From: Thermoleophilaceae bacterium
Lineage (GTDB): Bacteria > Actinomycetota > Thermoleophilia > Solirubrobacterales > Thermoleophilaceae
Assembly: GCA_035947555.1 (NCBI GenBank)
Contig: DASZJZ010000081.1
Span: 1 to 61,531, forward strand
DNA length: 61,531 bases
Reading direction: 5' to 3'
Of this stretch, positions 60,925 to 61,531 are shown piece by piece. The notes under the pieces are model-generated. The model was not told where the DNA came from, did not search any database, and worked only from the letters and a program-made list of their open reading frames with translations. A program made the position numbers and the translations under genes. Position 1 is the first letter of the stretch. Each line of letters begins with the position of its first letter.

Positions 60925-61531
60925 ATGTCGAGCGAGCGCCGGCGGCGGCTGACCCACCGGGCGCTGCCCGCGCTCGGCGGCCTCGCGCTGGTGGCGGGGG
61001 GCGCCGGGATGGTGGTCGGCGCGCAGGCCCAGTCCGGGAGCCAGCGCACGGCCGCCCAGTTCGCCGAGGCCTGGGAGCGCCGCGACTACGACGCGATGTA
61101 CGAGATGCTCGACGACGCCTCCCAGGAGGTGCACACGCCCCGGGAGTTCCGCACCGCGTACCGGCGCGCGGCGGCCACCGCAACGGCCACCGGCCTCGAC
61201 GCCGGAGAGCCCGAGGGCGAGCGCGACGGCTCCGTGGCCGTCCCCATCGCGGTGCAGACGCGGGTGTTCGGCACGGTCCGCGCGAAGCTGCGCGTGCCGG
61301 TGCACGAGGAGCAGGTCACGTGGGGGCCGCTGCTGGCCTTCCCCGGCCTGCGGCCCGGCGAGGGGCTCTCCCGCGAGAGCGAGCCGCCCGAGCGCGCGCC
61401 GCTGCTGTGGCGAAACGGGAAGGTGCTCGCCGAGGGCCCGGCCGCGGCCCGCAGCTCGCCGCTCGGCGAGATCGCCGGCTCGATCGCCGGCACGATGGCG
61501 CCGGCGGACTCGGCGGCCGCGCGCCGCGCGC
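60925..61531 (+). CDS. penicillin-binding protein, N-terminal TM anchor plus NTF2-like (MecA_N-type) domain; 3' end outside window
   Basis: Not in the track because the frame stays open to the window end. MSSERRRRLTHRALPALGGLALVAGGAGMVVG...AAQFAEAWERRDYDAMYEMLDDASQEVHTPREFRTAYRR...VTWGPLLAFPGL is typical of actinobacterial class B PBP N-termini. Confidence 0.6.
   Translation, partial: MSSERRRRLTHRALPALGGLALVAGGAGMVVGAQAQSGSQRTAAQFAEAWERRDYDAMYEMLDDASQEVHTPREFRTAYRRAAATATATGLDAGEPEGERDGSVAVPIAVQTRVFGTVRAKLRVPVHEEQVTWGPLLAFPGLRPGEGLSRESEPPERAPLLWRNGKVLAEGPAAARSSPLGEIAGSIAGTMAPADSAAARRA

Noticed and set aside
1-61531. Mobile element, prophage or genomic island boundaries
   Set aside because: No integrase, transposase, recombinase, tRNA attachment site or long terminal repeats were seen. 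Topoisomerase III alone is not sufficient. Only the 30008-30844 gene looks compositionally foreign.

Overview
This is a 61.5 kb, gene-dense and very GC-rich chromosomal segment. I hand-counted 84% GC at 28201-28300, 64% at 30061-30160 and 62% at 15721-15780, and most of the window looks above 70% by eye. The gene set looks like Actinomycetota (MMPL transporter, WS/DGAT, MarP-type protease, PPOX-like proteins, AddAB-type helicase-nuclease, many alpha/beta hydrolases). A Thermoleophilia/Solirubrobacterales-like origin is only an inference. I support about 58 protein-coding genes, 3 decayed gene remnants, a few repeats and operator or terminator candidates, and one candidate structured RNA. I saw no rRNA, tRNA, CRISPR array, transposase, integrase or phage structural cluster. 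The six-frame track is dominated by R/P/A/G-rich shadow ORFs antisense to or out of frame with real genes, and I discarded those. Many real starts lie downstream of the track's first start codon. I re-placed them using family N-termini and 4-nt stop/start overlaps (GTGA, ATGA, TTGA).

Content in order:
- An AOR (tungsten-type oxidoreductase) with two moeA paralogues
- A HipA-like kinase/DUF3037 pair
- MMPL/HxlR
- A Fe(3+) ABC importer
- A solitary sufB
- A sigma factor-Hsp20 operon, divergent from an hcp-methyltransferase-HD-GYP/LuxR operon
- A decayed Mn catalase
- LysR/MFS
- ispH
- WS/DGAT
- An S8 protease
- Lipoate ligase/DUF59
- fxsA
- A long minus-strand cluster containing addB-addA
- BVMO/TetR
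- topB
- A one-polypeptide ECF sigma/anti-sigma protein
- A MarP-like protease
- The start of a PBP

The best candidates for an undescribed system are:
- The orphan-Hcp three-gene operon (19771-23330)
- The HipA-like kinase/DUF3037 module (7622-8876)
- The rod-shaped structured RNA candidate (40448-40592)
- The low-GC secreted Cys protein (30008-30844)

All family calls come from motif recognition by eye. No database search or computation was run.
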